Of a stretch of 64,000 bases of DNA, positions 1 through 13,889 are shown in pieces (positions within the stretch are counted from its first letter, which is position 1; every line of letters begins with the position of its first letter). The translations under genes were made by a program, and so were the position numbers. The notes under the pieces are model-generated. The model did not search any database. It saw only the letters and a program-made list of their open reading frames with translations, and was not told the DNA's origin. Source of the DNA: Camelus dromedarius (lineage: Eukaryota); contig NC_087447.1 of assembly GCF_036321535.1 (NCBI RefSeq), positions 49,168,001 through 49,232,000 on the forward strand, in the 5' to 3' direction.

Positions 1-3000
1 CCACTCATCCAAGTGTGAGGTTACAAGCAGATGCCATGGCACAAAGGAAGACCTGGATGGTTTGTTCTGTTTTTAGTAACAAAAGATGCCCACACCCTTC
101 CAATCATGCTCAGAGCTCTACAGGCTCCCTGTTCTAGAGGAATTGGGCCGAACAGTAGAATCATGTGATCACTTGTCTGCTCCAGCTTTGCCCCTCTGCT
201 CAACCTTCCCTCCCCTATCCAGAAAACATTATTTCCTCAGAAGAAAGTGAGAAGCTCCGTGTCAGTGGTCTTTAATAATAGTACTTATTATTTCTGATGG
301 CACGACTCCTATGAAAGATGAACCTGAAGTTCCCTTATTAGGATAGCTCTTGATGGGAAAAGAACATGGGTTAGGAGTTTAAAGCATTGGACAAAACTTC
401 TCATAGTTTCTGCCCTTAAGCAGTTCGCAGTTTATAGGGATAGAAGGAGGAGAAAATAAGCAGCTAGTTTGTAGATGCTGGGCTCTAAGTTGGAGTGCTC
501 GTAGCTCCTGATGTCATTATCTTCACTGTATCTCATTGTGCCTGCAGGCATCTTCCCCAGGGCTTGTCCAAGCTGCTGAGTTTCCCAGTTTGTTTTTTTC
601 AGAATGTTGTCCTGGCCCAGCCACTGCTTTACCTGTAGAGAAGCTCTTCACCATTAGGAAGGTCTCTGGACTCCCAAACCTCTGATTCAGGCCTATTTGT
701 TTGGACCTACTGGGATGCCTCTTTGTGTGGTAGGTTTGGGGCTGAACTGTGCCAGTGCTGGGTCTCAGACGATACCAGATGGCTGCTCTTATTTTAGATT
801 GTTTCTCCCATAGAGTGTGACAGATATTCTATCATGAGAGATTTCTTTTTTGTCCCTATTTTGGGAGGATAATGCCTTGAACAGGTATCAGGTAAATATG
901 TTTGCTGCTGGGTAATGACCCTGGAGAGCAAGTCTTAGTCATGGAACACAGCCTAAGAGGCTGGTAGAGATTAACTTCACCTACTTTAGCGTCTGGCTTA
1001 AGCCCAGGGCTTAGAGGGGCTTTAAAAAATTCCCTTAGCCTCTCATACGAATTTCCCAAAGTTGTCTTCCCAGCACACAGTTATGATCATTCATTCACTC
1101 ATTTATACGTTTATGTAAATATTTCTATAACTGAGTGCCTGTGCATAGTGTGAGGCACTTTCTATTGCCATTCCCTTGTTAAAAGTCATTTGTGGCTCCT
1201 CATTGCCACCAACACCTCATTGTGTTTACATTTAGCCTAGCATATAGGTCCTTTAGTTGTTGGGTGAAATAATGAATACTCATCTCTACTTCTTCAAATG
1301 AAGCCGCTGTCAAAGAAGACCTCTGTCAAGTTGGCAAGTGGAGGGGGTGGGGGTTTGGGAGTGGGCAGAGTTAGTGGTACAGGGAGGAACTGGGGAGGGG
1401 AGAGGATTAAAAGGGCTGCCCCCTCCTCAGTAGTGGAAACTCCTTGTTAAGCAAAGCTTTCCTGAGCACTGTACCCCAAATAGATAGGAATAGGGAAGAT
1501 GGCTAAGTTCTATAACAAAAGCTAAAGGATGGAGAGAATGAGAATATGAAGACTTCTTGGGACCACCCAAGAAGGGAGTCAGGGACAGGTGCTGAGTCAC
1601 ATGCCCGTGTGGACCACACTGTTCTCATAAGATGTCTCATCTACCTCTAGTTTCCCTCCCCTTTCTCCTTCCCCTTTGCCTCATGTTTGCTGCTGCTTAG
1701 TGACTAGCAGTGAAATTCTGAATAGGCAGAGGGCCTGCGTGCATATTTCAGGAATGACAAGAAAAGAGGGCTGGGGTAATCCAGAATGAGGATGAGAGAG
1801 GACCAGAGTGGGGGATGGCAGCTGTGAAGGAAAAGAACAACAAGTAGGAGTCCTGACGCCTTTAGGAAGAGAGAGAAGGGGCGCAGACATGGAGCCTTGG
1901 CAGGAGAGATGGAGTAGGTGGTAGCTGCTGTGAAGAAGAAATGACAACAGGCTGGAGCTGTTCTCCGAGACGTTTTTGGGAGGGAAAGAGGGCTGCACAG
2001 GTTAGGCTGCTGGTAAGTTCCTGCCCAACCCTGAAACTTTAAGCTGTCTTAAACTTTAAAAACAGCTGTAGGCCCTCCAACTCTGTTAGTGTCAGTTAGC
2101 CAAGGTCTTCAGGACCCTGGGACTTATACCAGGATACTGTTCCCCTAACTGAACCCATTTCAGCCACTCTCAGGTTGGGAGAATGGAAAAGATAGGACAG
2201 GTGATGGCAGCTGTGAAGAAAAGAGGAAAGCAGACTGGAGGCTTCCAATCCAGCGGCATGATAAGAGGACTGTGTAGGCTGTGGTCCTTTGCCCCTAGAG
2301 GCCCCCACCCTGTCCTTGGACCCTTAGGATGGATCCATCCAGCACAGGTGGCCCACCACTGGGAGTGCAGGAAGGCTGCCCTCCTGCTGGTGTATGCCCA
2401 GACCAGCCTCCCACTCATTCAACCTGCTGGTTCCCACATTCCTAGGCTCCTAACGTTTACCTCAGGCCCTTTATTTTGACCTGTTCCTCCTGGTCACCAG
2501 TCTCCCCTCAGATCTATAGGATATCATGCACCTGCAGCCAGAGGTAAGAGACCTTGCACCCTGCCTGTTGGGTAGTCCGAGGGATGCACAGAGGCCAGCC
2601 TGAGGGTGCACAGTCCCCTCCCCAGGGCAGTAAGATTCATTACTTCCACTTTGGCTAGATTAGGCTGCTTGGTCTTCTCCAGTAAGCTGTAAATTTCCCC
2701 CCTGTGTTAGTCAGTGGCTGTCGGGTCATGCCTCCCTGTGGCCTTACCACAGGCTGCCTGGAGTTATTGTCCATGTTGTGCCCGCTCAGCCTCTGCTAGG
2801 CTATGAATCCTTGAGGGCCAAGTCTGACTCCTCTCTGCATCCTTTTTACCTTGAATCACAATGACTTACTTAGAAATATATGATTTTTCTATCATATTCT
2901 GAATTTCCTGAAGATAAGGACTGTGTCTGATTCCTCTCTATGCCCTCTGCACCCAGCACAGGGCCTGGCACAGCACAGACAGCAGTAAAGTTATGCTAAA

Positions 3001-6000
3001 TGAACAAAGGGGTCACAGACCCTTGGCCTCCTGGAGGTAACTGAGAGGCCAGGGCAAGTTCCCTGTGGGAAGAGCAGGAAGAGCGTGATGTGTCCCTCTG
3101 TGGCTTGCATAGCACTCAGCCTGCTGAACATTGGCCCTAAATGAGTCTTATCGGCAGGAGGGTTCGGGGGAGGGTATGTCCAGGCTGGTCTCAGTACTTC
3201 CTGGGAGTGAGCTGCTCTCTGTCTTGGTTGGTCCTGCCTGAATGTCCCAGGATCACAGCCCAAGCCTAAAGCCAAGCCTTGACTTGGGGGGTCTCATGTC
3301 ACTGGTATTTCCCCTCTGTCCCTGATTGGGTTTTCTATAACTGCCATTCCTCCAGGACTCAAAGTGGGATGCGGGGGTCTGCATGTTTGAGCGTGCCTTG
3401 GCTCTGTGATACCAAGTGCCAGAAGTGTTCTCTGTACTATAAGAACTACCTTGACTCTTTGAAACAAGGAAGATGAATAAAGAGCTTAATTCTGATGACT
3501 ACTGTTTTGACTTTTGTTGCTGTTAAGGAAACTATGAGATGGTTATTATCCTAATACTTGTAGCTAGTTTGTAGCCAACTCCTTTAAAAAATGGATTTGA
3601 GGCAGTTTCTTGCTTTTCATAAGAACTTTTACTTTCAGAAAACCTTAATAATCGTCCTTTGCATTTTTACACCTTGTCCTTTGAACAAAGTTACCTACCG
3701 AGGGAAGCAGGGCAGAGATGAGCATGACTGATTTAGTTGCATATTACATACTAGCTATTAAGTGAAGGAAGTGGGATGCACAGAATCTCCCCTGTCTGAC
3801 ACCAGCCCCAGTGCTTGTCACTGCATGTCTTTTTCTATTTTGAAAATAACCTTGAGGTTATTCTCAAATTGAAGCTGGAGAGGCCACAAATATTACCTCA
3901 GTGAAGTGGGTGATAGCTTTAACTTGACTCGTGATTTTTTATTTGACTGCTACCATTGAGATGCTTAATGAGCTGCTGAATTTCGCCAAATGTTTCAAGT
4001 TCTTTCAGTAGGTCAGGCTGCTTTCTTAAAGCAAATGACTATTGAAAAAGTTTCAAATGGGCCTATCTTTCATCATAACACTAAGAGTCATATAAAACGG
4101 AAGAATGAAGTTCTAAGAATGAAGTTGTGAGAATGCCTGTACATAGCAGAAGCCTGAAAGAATCAAGAGCCAGGCAGCAACAGTCCTGATGATACCAACT
4201 AGGGCCCCCACTGTCATGGGAACCCGTAACCCCCAACTTTGTTTGATTTTTTATTTCTTAAGCTAGTTTGGGCTGGATGTATATAGCTGGCAACCAAAAG
4301 AATATGACTACCCATACTTGGAAAATTCAATTAGTTGGTACCACAACCTGTTATTACCTGGAGCAGAACTACAAGCCATGGGAAATAAATTTTCAATACA
4401 GTCTACTCAAGTTTGATTGACAGTATTACCTAAAAGGTACATTACCAGGAGACACACTGGAATAGAATGGACAAAGAACTGGGCCAGGAGGAGTCAGGAG
4501 TCCAGGGTCTTTTCCTCGAGCTTGACACTGGCCTGATGGGTGATTTTGTGCCAGTCACTGGCCCTCTCTGGGAATCCATTTGTTTAGTTATAGCAGGAGC
4601 AGGCTTCTAGCCCGGCCACTCACCAGGGAATGAATCCTCAAAAGGGTTTAGGAAATGGTGCAATTTCATGTAAATAGGGAATAAATTACCTTTCACCCAT
4701 TGATCTTCATTGGCAACATTGGACAATTGAATGCTGAAAATAAGAGTTATGGATGGAGGAGAGGGGAGGAAGGCAGGGCCCCCCGGGGAGAGTGCTCCAA
4801 GGCTGTCACGTCCTTAGCAAATCTCCAGCCTTTTGATTTTCCCAACCTTCTGACTTTGCCCCAGACCTTTTGCTCCCTTACTGAGAAATGACCCAGCCTG
4901 ATATAGAAGAGGGGAATCTCAGCTCCAAGGAGGAAGGAACTTGGTCTGAGTCATTGCTGTTCTCCATGCCCACCATAGGGCCAGGAACAGCACAGTATAG
5001 GAAAGGAGATGTGAGGTGAGCAACACTTGTAAAGTGCATACTGTGTGTTTTCAGTTATACATACATTCTCTCATTTAATTCAATAACCCATTTTAGAGAT
5101 AGGAAAGTTGAGACTCAATAAGATTACATGACATAGTCCAATGTCACATACCAGTAAGTAATGAAGTCAGATCTGATTCCAAACCTATATTTTTGTCATC
5201 TGGCAAATAAAAGGCTGACCTGTGTGTGATTACTACCTTGCAGGTTGATGTGAGGCAGAGATGGTGTCTCTTAAGTCCTTGGAATGTGGTGGGCATTCAG
5301 TAGCTAGTTAAGAGGCTGCTGCTGCTGATCCTGGTAGTAATGTGTCTCACAGTTGCACTAGAGTTGTCTCTCAAACCAAAGGTCTTCCCTTTCTATTTCA
5401 TCCAAGAAAAATGCATTAATTTCTCTCCTTGGGAGCCTAGATCTAGCTGGAAATTACTTTCCAGTACCCTCAACCTTCAGGGCAGTTGCCTTCCAAAACC
5501 CAGCGTCATCCTAAACATAGATTTTGTTGTCATCAACTAGGAATAGAATCAGAAATGAGAACATAGGTTTCCTTGAGGGGTAATAGAGCTTGATAGCAGG
5601 TGAAGCTGGCTTAGCGCTGAGTGAGATCAGAGCCTGCGGGCTCTGGGCAGGTCTCCAATTGAGGCACAAGTCGGAGATAGCAACACTGCCTCTGCCCTTC
5701 CCCGCCGTGGGCCAGTCCCTGGAGCTGCACCCAGTGCCAGGTCTGAGCCCATCACACAATGTGGATGGACCTCCACACACTGTCTCTTGTTCTCACAACA
5801 ACCAGGGAGGCCAGACGTTGTCTCTGAACTACAGACAAGGGAACTGAGCCTTGTAAAGGTTAAGTGACTTGGGTAGTTTACTATAAATTCTTCACCTGCA
5901 AAAACTAGGATAATAGAAGTATCTCAAAGAGTTGTTGCCAAGGTTATGTGAAATAAGGTATTTAAATTTAGATAAAGGTTAACAAGTGCCTGGCACATAG

Positions 6001-6087
6001 CAGGTAATTCAAAAAATGGAAGCTGCCATAATTATTATGATTTTCCCCTGCAATAATTGTTAGCCCATCACCTGCACACAGTGTGGG

Positions 6088-6280
6088 AGTTGTACTTTTC
6101 AAGCTTATGTGTCCCTGTGGATCACCTAGAGAGTTGTTGTTGTTTTTTAATAGCTTGCTGCTTCCCCTCTCCCAGAATCTAATTCAGTAGGTCTGGAGTG
6201 AGGCCTGAGAATCTGCATTTCTAACAAGCCCCCAAGTAATGCTGATGCTGCAGGTCCACGGAAACTCTTTGAGCAGCACC
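6088..6280. mobile_element. MER5A (hAT-Charlie MITE)
   Basis: ttcagtaggtctggagtgaggcctgagaatctgcatttctaacaagc...tgctgatgctgcaggtcc matches the MER5A consensus as recalled. Confidence 0.8.
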
Positions 6281-9123
6281 ATGTTACCAAACTTACCTCT
6301 TCACCTATTACCTCACCTACCTCATACTCACACTCTGGCCAGCCCCATGGGGCAGGAGGAACAGAGACTGCTAGTACTAATGTTCACGTGATGATACCCA
6401 CTAGTCAGACAGTAATCTGACCCTGTGTCTGGTCTGAATTGTCATGTTCTGCCCTTTGTGGTCACACTGTGCACAGCCATAGGCAAAAGTCCTCGTTACT
6501 GTCTCCTGTTACCCTTCTCTTTGGCTCCCTCTTCTCAGGGGCCCGAGACCCAGATTTCTTTGTGATCAAGACATTGGAAAGTGATCAAGAAGCTGCAGCA
6601 CCCCTCCTGCTACTTACTCTGTGTGCCTGGCTTGAAAGCTCAGGCTCCTGTTTTTGAAGTTGAATGATGGTTCTGGGCCATGGAGTTTGCGTTAAGGCCA
6701 AGCCCTATGGGCAGGTATGAGGTTTGAGGGGAGAGTGCTGTGCCCGATTGTTCACCATATTGTTTCTTCCCCTAATGTATTAGGTACTCAATAAATATTT
6801 GTTGAATGAATGAGTTAGTGGCCATTCCAGTTTCAATCACTTGGAAAAGTAGAGATCCTCCAAAATTGGAAACTTTGAGGTGGGGTTTAGGCGGGATAGG
6901 ACACTCCTGCCTTTCCTAACCTCACTGCTTTGGTCGAGACTTCATGGCATCTAAGTGACCCAGAGGATGATCCCCGGAACCCCAAGTTAAAGTGAACCCT
7001 GGATTCAGGGAGGTGCCGCCAAGTGGCTCCCAGGTTGGAGCTGAGGAACACCTTCCCTGCCATTCCAGTAATCCAGGTTCATGCCACATTTTCTGTTGTT
7101 ACTCAAAAACCTTTCCAAGAGCCTGATCTGACACTGCAGCCTGGCTTCCCCTGTGTTGCTGGCATTGAGGGATGGATGGCTGGATGGGCACACTTGACCT
7201 GGAGCCTTGGAAGTAGAGAGTGAGGCTCCCAAAGGCCAACATGGTGGTGGCAGCAGAAATCAGTGAGAAAAGACCAAAAGGGGAATTTGAATCTTGAGAC
7301 CAAAGTCTGGTGTGTCAATTGCCTTCCACCCATTATGTGAAGACTCCCCTTTCAGGATAGTAACTACTTTTTTACAATTCTCAGTGAGGTGTGATGGGGC
7401 TTGAGGGTAGGGTTCCATGTTTGCTTAGGCCACTGAATATCCCAGTGCTTCAGGAGTTGCAGATGGAGAGCAGAAACCTCATACCAAGCTCAGGTCCTCG
7501 TCGGACATCCCTTAGCCCAAAGGGGCCCGACAAGGGTTCGCAGCTGCAGACACACTTATACTTGTTGGGGAACTGAGGCTGATTCTGCCAACTGGGAGCA
7601 GATGGGTTTCAGAGTCGGGAGCTCAGGTAAGTGATGTGTTTGGACAGGGTTGCCGTCTTTGGTGCACCAGACAAAAGCGCGTGGCCAAGGGGCAAGCGGG
7701 GCCTGAAATTCAGCCAGTGGAGAGCTCCCCAAATCACTCTCCTGTAAGGCTACGACCACCTGAGGGCACACCTTCTTCTAATTAGTACAGAGCAGACCTG
7801 GGAAACCCTGGGTTTGGGTGTTGGAGACTGGGCTGAGCACAGCTGCCTGAGAGCTCTAGGCTGTGGAGCCTATGCCTGGCTCCTCTGGAGGATGCTGGGG
7901 CCAAGGTCTGGCTCTCCTCTTTGCCATGACTGAGAGAGGTTGACCTGGGGCTAGGATATGTCTGCCCTGCATCTAAATATGGGGCATTCACCTCCCGTTC
8001 TGTCTCCTGGGGCTGACCCTGCTCTGAGTCTGGCTAGGACGAGATCCAGGTGTATCAAACCTTTATTAAGGGCCTGCCCAAGAGAGGGGCACTGGCACAA
8101 TTGTTTAGTTAAATGCCCACTATTGCCCCTCGAGGCTGGCATCATGAATCCCACATTTTAGCTGAGAAGAATGAGTCTCAGAGGGTAGGGTGGCAGCGAA
8201 TTTCCCAAGGTCATACGGTTTAAGTCAAGCCTGGATCTGGGCCTGGGGGCTCCCAGATCATTATTTTGCCTGTAGCTCTGTGGCACTGCCAACACTGACC
8301 ACCAGGTGGCAATCTCCTCCAACTCCTTGCTGGCCAGCAGTGCCTGGGGGTGGTGACAGGGCAGCAATCTCTGCCAGTCTTTCAAAACTGGCCTGAGGTA
8401 TCACTAATTCACTCTGTTGTCCCCAAGGAGAAATTGATGTCCTGAGATGGGCGGCTGCTTTCCAGGGGAGGAAGTTCTGGGTGTGCTTGAACACAGGACC
8501 TATTTTAGTTCTGTTCTATTTGAGACTGGCGGACCTGCAGACCTGTCGTTGACTGAGATGGTGGGCATGGTTTTCTTGGCACAGTGTTCTTTCCCTTCTG
8601 CTCCCTCTGTTACCAAGACCTCACTCAGAGATGGCAGCTGAGTTTTCCTTTGACTCTGTCAGAGGCGTAAGGCCCAGCCCCTTCTGTGGATGGTGTCACC
8701 CTTACCTGGTCTGAGGTCATCTGAACAGTCCATGGGTCTCTCCCCAGTTCTAACCTGCGTGTTCTTTGTGTGGAGCTGTGATCTTCTTCCATGCTGCCTG
8801 CAGCTGGGAACAGCTGGGAGGGAGCCCTCTGAGTCCTTCCTGGAATACCTGTCTGTGTTCCCTTCATCACCACTGGCTGGAAGGGCTGGAAGGACGCCCT
8901 CAGTGGGAGTCCTGCTGCTGGATAGCTCGACTGGAAACTTCACCCCAGTCTCTGTGCTGCTCAGTGGCTGCCCCAGGGTGGGCCTGTGGGTTCTCAGCTC
9001 CCCAAACTTTCTGCCCAAGATCTGGTATGCTCATTTCTCTGAGGAGCTCCGGAACACTCTCCACCTTCCATGACAGTAACTTCTCAGCACAGAGCACTCA
9101 GGCTACCACTGCTTCTATGTCCT

Positions 9124-9137
9124 GTGTGTGAGTGTGA

Positions 9138-9168
<31 letters not shown>

Positions 9169-9190
9169 CACGTGCACATGTGCACACACT
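9124..9190. repeat. (TG)n microsatellite with CA-rich arm
   Basis: tgtgtgtgagtgtgagtgtgtatatgtgtgtg...gcacgtgcacatgtgcacacac. Confidence 0.95.
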
Positions 9191-11669
9191 CTCCCCCGTG
9201 TCTCTCTACTGAGTGTGTGTGGTCTTAGAGCCTCCAGTCCTGAGCTGGGGGCCTTCACTGCAATTCCACAAATCGGAGCCTTAGGGAAAGGCCTACCTGA
9301 CATCCTGTCAGGTAAAGGTCATGACAGCTACCTTGACAGACACTGAAAGAGTTTCGTTCAAAAGTGAGGGAGACCAGGGGCGCCTTCAGTAGGGTAGGGA
9401 CCTGCCATTTGAGCTCTGTGTCCCCAGCACCCATCACAGACCTGCATGGAACAGGCATTCGGGAAGGTTTCTCAGATGACTGAAAGGCCCCCCCACCCCC
9501 ACCCTCGGTTAGATTGGGTTGCCTCTCAGAGCAGGATGGGTCCCCTCCCTCTGTGGCTCCCCACCCTCCCCTCTACAGGAAGTGGAGGTGGAGAACAGAA
9601 CAAACATTTATCAAAGTTAGCCATTATATAGCCTTGCACAGCCATTATTTCAGGGTTTCCAAGCTTCTCGCAGTTCCATGCCTCCTCTATGATTTTTGTT
9701 AAATGCATGTATTATTCTTGATATTTTTCTTTAGCATATTTTATGTATATACCTAATTTCACTGTCTCCTAAGTAATAATACTCATGAGATCACAGGTTT
9801 GATATATTAGCAAATTTTTTTCCTAATACAAATTAAAATAAATATGTAGTTATTAAAAAAATAGCAGAGACCACCAACAAACACCCTGTGTACCACCAGT
9901 GAGGGGTGTACCACATTTGGGTTATATAGTTTGCGCAAAACCCTCTGAGGTCAATAAAAGCTTAGAGAGGTGAAATGGCTTGGCCAAGGTCATGGAGAGT
10001 CTTCTGATCTTGGCCCCACTGCCTACTGATAGGAGAGGGGAAGGGAGGAGTGTGTGCTTAGGGAGGTGATGGGTGGAGGGGGGTGGGGCAGCTACCAGTG
10101 AGAAATGAAAGAAGGCAGGGAAGATGGGGCGGGAGGGGGCAGGACTCCACCTCAAAAAGGCAAATGACCTGAGTCCCAATGTCCTATGCACAGTAATGGC
10201 CATGAAAATAGCTGCAGATTTGCCTGCATTTGTGTGACCATGATTTATTGTGCCAGCAACTCCGGTAATTGGATGATGAAAGCACTGCAGCTGGGACTGT
10301 TGGCTGGAGATTAATTATTAGGGAGCAGGGGGAGTGGCCTGCATGATGCCTGGTGGTGGAGACTGTAACCCACTGGAAGAGCAGGAGGGTGGACTTTCGA
10401 AATCCAGAGGACCCCTCCCCACTCAGCTGAGACCCAGGGAGGAAGGTGACTGGCTCAGAGCCACAGTTGTTCCAAGCAGAGCCAGGTGAGAGCTCTCTGA
10501 GTGCAGCTGATTCTGGACGTAGATGGGCAGCTACAGCAGCAGGAGGTGCCTGGACTTGGACTCATGAGGCTGGAGGGAAAATCCCAGCTTTGTCTCTTAT
10601 TGGTTACATAATCTTGGGAAGGACTTAGTATCTCTGAGCCTCAGTTTCTCCAAGATGTAAAATGGGGATGATGGTGCAGACTGTACTAGGAAGTTGTGAG
10701 GTTCTAAGGAGATTATTGGGCCTTAGGTAGACCTGAGAACCACTCTAAGGAAACTCATTCTCACTCCCACTGCTCATGTCTGGCCCTTGTTCCCCTTGTC
10801 TGCATCCTGCAAGCCCCTCCCCTCCATTCCCAGAGCCCTAAAATTTGATGCCCAGCCACTATGGATGCTTTCTGCTTGCATACCAAGGGTTCCCAGTGGG
10901 ATGGGGAGACTCAAAAGGACTAGGGGTTGAGGCATCAACCTGCACCTGGACTGACATGCCTCTTACTGGTGGGGGCTCGAGGTCGAATGAGCTCAAGTAT
11001 GCATAGTGCCACTCCTGGCACCTAGCATACTGCAAGCATTCAGAACTTTGAATGAAACTCAAAAATCTTCCTCTCACACCATAGACCTTTCTCCTGGCCC
11101 CTTCCACTTTGTGGAGGCTTCCAGCCTCGGACCCCCTCATACCTGTAGCTCTTCTTGGCTGCCCTTCTCCTGGCCAGCCTGGACCTGGGATGGGGCAATC
11201 GTTCCATCCAGACCCTCTGCAGCGCCCAGCACTCACCACCTTGCACCTCAGCCAACCTTCTCGTACTTAAAGCTCCAATCCCCAGCTCTGCACTCCCTCT
11301 CAGCAGACCTCTTGCCAAGGTCTGTGCCCCTGGGAAAGTGGTGGGTGATCACTGAAAGTCGCTCCCATTCACTGAGCAGCTCCAAGTGACTAGCCCTGTG
11401 TTCAGTGCTTTACCCATTTATGTTATGAACTCTTCACAATCCCCCTTGAGATGGAGCTCTGTCCAGATGAAAACGCCATGGTTTGGCTGGTACAGTGAGG
11501 TGCACCCAGCTCTGTCCAACTCCAAATCCTTAGCCCAAGAGCAAAGATGCTGATGTGAGCTCCATCATTATTCCTCCCTTCCAAGTGGGGTTTCCACAGG
11601 TCACACCAATCTTTCCCTCCTTCTCTCTAGCTTTACAGGACGAGTTAGCTAATAGCTAATTTGTATTGA

Positions 11670-11920
11670 CCACTAACAGCTTTTATCAAGCACTTAATAT
11701 GTGCCTGGTACTGTTCTAAGCACTTTACATCTATCAACTCACTTGATCTTCATAATAACTTTATGGGACAAGCAATGTCAATATCCCCATTTTAGAAACA
11801 AGGAACTGACAGTTCTGCCTTGGGTAAAGTAACTTGACCAAAGTCAAGCCATCCTGATGGAGCCCAGTTTCAAAGCCAGACCGTCTCCCTATAGACCCTG
11901 AGCTTAACCACTGTGCTGTA
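11670..11920. mobile_element. MIR SINE
   Basis: tgtgcctggtactgttctaagcacttt...atccccattttagaaacaaggaactga...aagtaacttgaccaaagtca. Confidence 0.8.
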
Positions 11921-12978
11921 CGGTAGAGTGGCCACTGAGCTGCCCCTACTCTGATTCAAGGCCCTGGAGCCCATTTTTTGCCCAGTTCCTCCAGGAACAT
12001 GGTTCCATTGATCACTCCTTAGCATTCAACATGTGTATGACTTTCCCACCTCAAAAATGTCCTCCATCCCATGTCCCTCTACAGCTACTCCTATTTCTTT
12101 CCTCACTACCATAGCACAGCCCATTTTCTTGAAAGAATTTCTCTACTTGCTGCCTACACTTTCTCACCCTTCTTCACACTGGCTTCCACTCCTCCCACGC
12201 CACCAAACTGCCCTCAGCACATGGAGACTGTGCAGCCTTTCCAGAGGAAAACAACGTATGCCCATCAACAGACTAAAAAATACCCTGTCAATCAAACATG
12301 AAATCAGTCATGTCAATGGTAAAACATGTTACAGTTCAGTAGTTCTGTAACAAATGGTTCATCAATATTAAAAATAGGAGCAAAGACAAACACTGAGTAT
12401 TTTGGTACAACCCAATTGATGATGACCCTTGAGTCGAGTCTTCTCTATCTAGCTGAGGTTTTGCTTTTCTGCTCACATGCACTGGACTATTAAACCCAGC
12501 CAATATGCCATTCAGGTGTAAAGGCAACAGCCCAAGAGTCTTTAAAACCAACAGCTGACACTTGCGCTCTTCTGTCTCCCTTGTTATACACAGTTCTTAC
12601 TCTTCTTCACTCATTTAGCATTCAGCCATGGTGGGCTGTGTGGCTTCTTAGTTATCATACCGCCCTAACAGTTTTTATATATTTGTCTTCTCCCATGATC
12701 TTCCTTTTCCTTCCCTTCATGTCTCCTCTATCTCCCTAACATGGCTATTTTCCTCACCTGACTCAGGATTTCTGGAGAGGTTGGATAGGATTCACTAGTA
12801 TTCTGGGGTCAAAAAATGGCCCAAGGGCCATGGGTAGGGTGTATATGGGCCCCTCCAACAATTTAGTGACACTGTGCCCATGAAGACTCCTTTGCCAAGG
12901 TTCCCAATGACTGCTGCCTGCTGGTCCCGAAACCCAGTTTTCCACTTTCACCTTTCTGACCACTCAGCAGCCTCAGGA

Positions 12979-13042
12979 ACTTCTTCTTCTTCTTCTCCTT
13001 CTCCTCCTTCTCCTCCTCCTCCTCCTTCTCCTCCTCCTTCTT
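12979..13042. repeat. (TTC/TCC)n trinucleotide microsatellite
   Basis: cttcttcttcttcttctccttctcctccttctcctcctcctcct seen directly. Confidence 0.95.
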
Positions 13043-13147
13043 TTTGTGGGGTTGGAGGGTTGTTGATAAACATTTATAAAACAATAAAATATGTTTCCAG
13101 AATCTGGATTTTTGTCTACTTATTTGTTTTGTTTTGTTTTGGGTTTT

Positions 13148-13886
13148 TTCCCATTTTTAAAATTGAAGTATAGTTGATTTACAATGTTGTAATAGTTTCT
13201 GGTGTACACCATGGTGATTCAGTTATAAATATAAAATATACATACTCTTTTTCATTACAGGTTACTACAAGCCATTGAATCTGGTTCCCTGTACCATACA
13301 GCAGGACCATGTTGTTTATCTATTCTGTAAACAGTTGTTTGTGTCTGTTAGTCCCAAACTCCCAATATATCCCTTCCCCCCATTCCCCTTTGGTAACCAT
13401 AAGTTTGTTTTCTATGTCTGTGAGTCTGTTTCTGTTTTGTAAATAAGTTCATTTGTGTCATTTTTTTAGATTCCACATGTAAGTGATATTATATGATATT
13501 TGTCTTTCTCTGGCTGACTCACTTCATTTAGTATGATAATCTCTAGGTCCATCCATGTTGCTGCAAATGACATTATTTCATTCTTTTCTATGGCTGAATA
13601 GTATTTCATTGTGTGTGTATATATACATACACACACCACGTTTTCTTTATCCACTCATCTGTTTATGGACATTTAGGTTGCTTCCTTGTCTTGGCCATTG
13701 TAAATAGTGCTGCTATAAACATTGGTATGCATGCATCTTTTCAAATTAGAGTTTTCTCCGGATATATACCCAGGAATGGGATTGCTGGATCGTACAGTAA
13801 CTCTATTTTTAGTTTTTTTAAGAAACCTTCATACTGTTTTCCACAGTGGCTGCACCAATTTGCATTGCCACCAACAGTGTAGGAGC
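13148..13886 (-). mobile_element. L1 3' end (ORF2 C-terminus plus 3' UTR), lineage-specific
   Basis: ORF-track peptide YYSAIEKNEIMSFAATWMDLEIIILNEVSQ is typical of the L1 3' end. Cetartiodactyl-type tail aattgaagtatagttgatttacaatgtt. Inserted within L2 remnants. Confidence 0.9.
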
Positions 13887-13889
13887 GAG

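Noticed and set aside
4101..4128. Short tandem duplications (aagaatgaagtt x2; also agactgtaatt x2 at ~26731 and tttagcag x2 at ~54392)
   Set aside because: Ordinary slippage events in non-coding DNA with no functional context.
12863..13173. Poly-Glu/Lys and poly-Ser/Pro ORFs
   Set aside because: Translations of the (TTC/TCC)n microsatellite.
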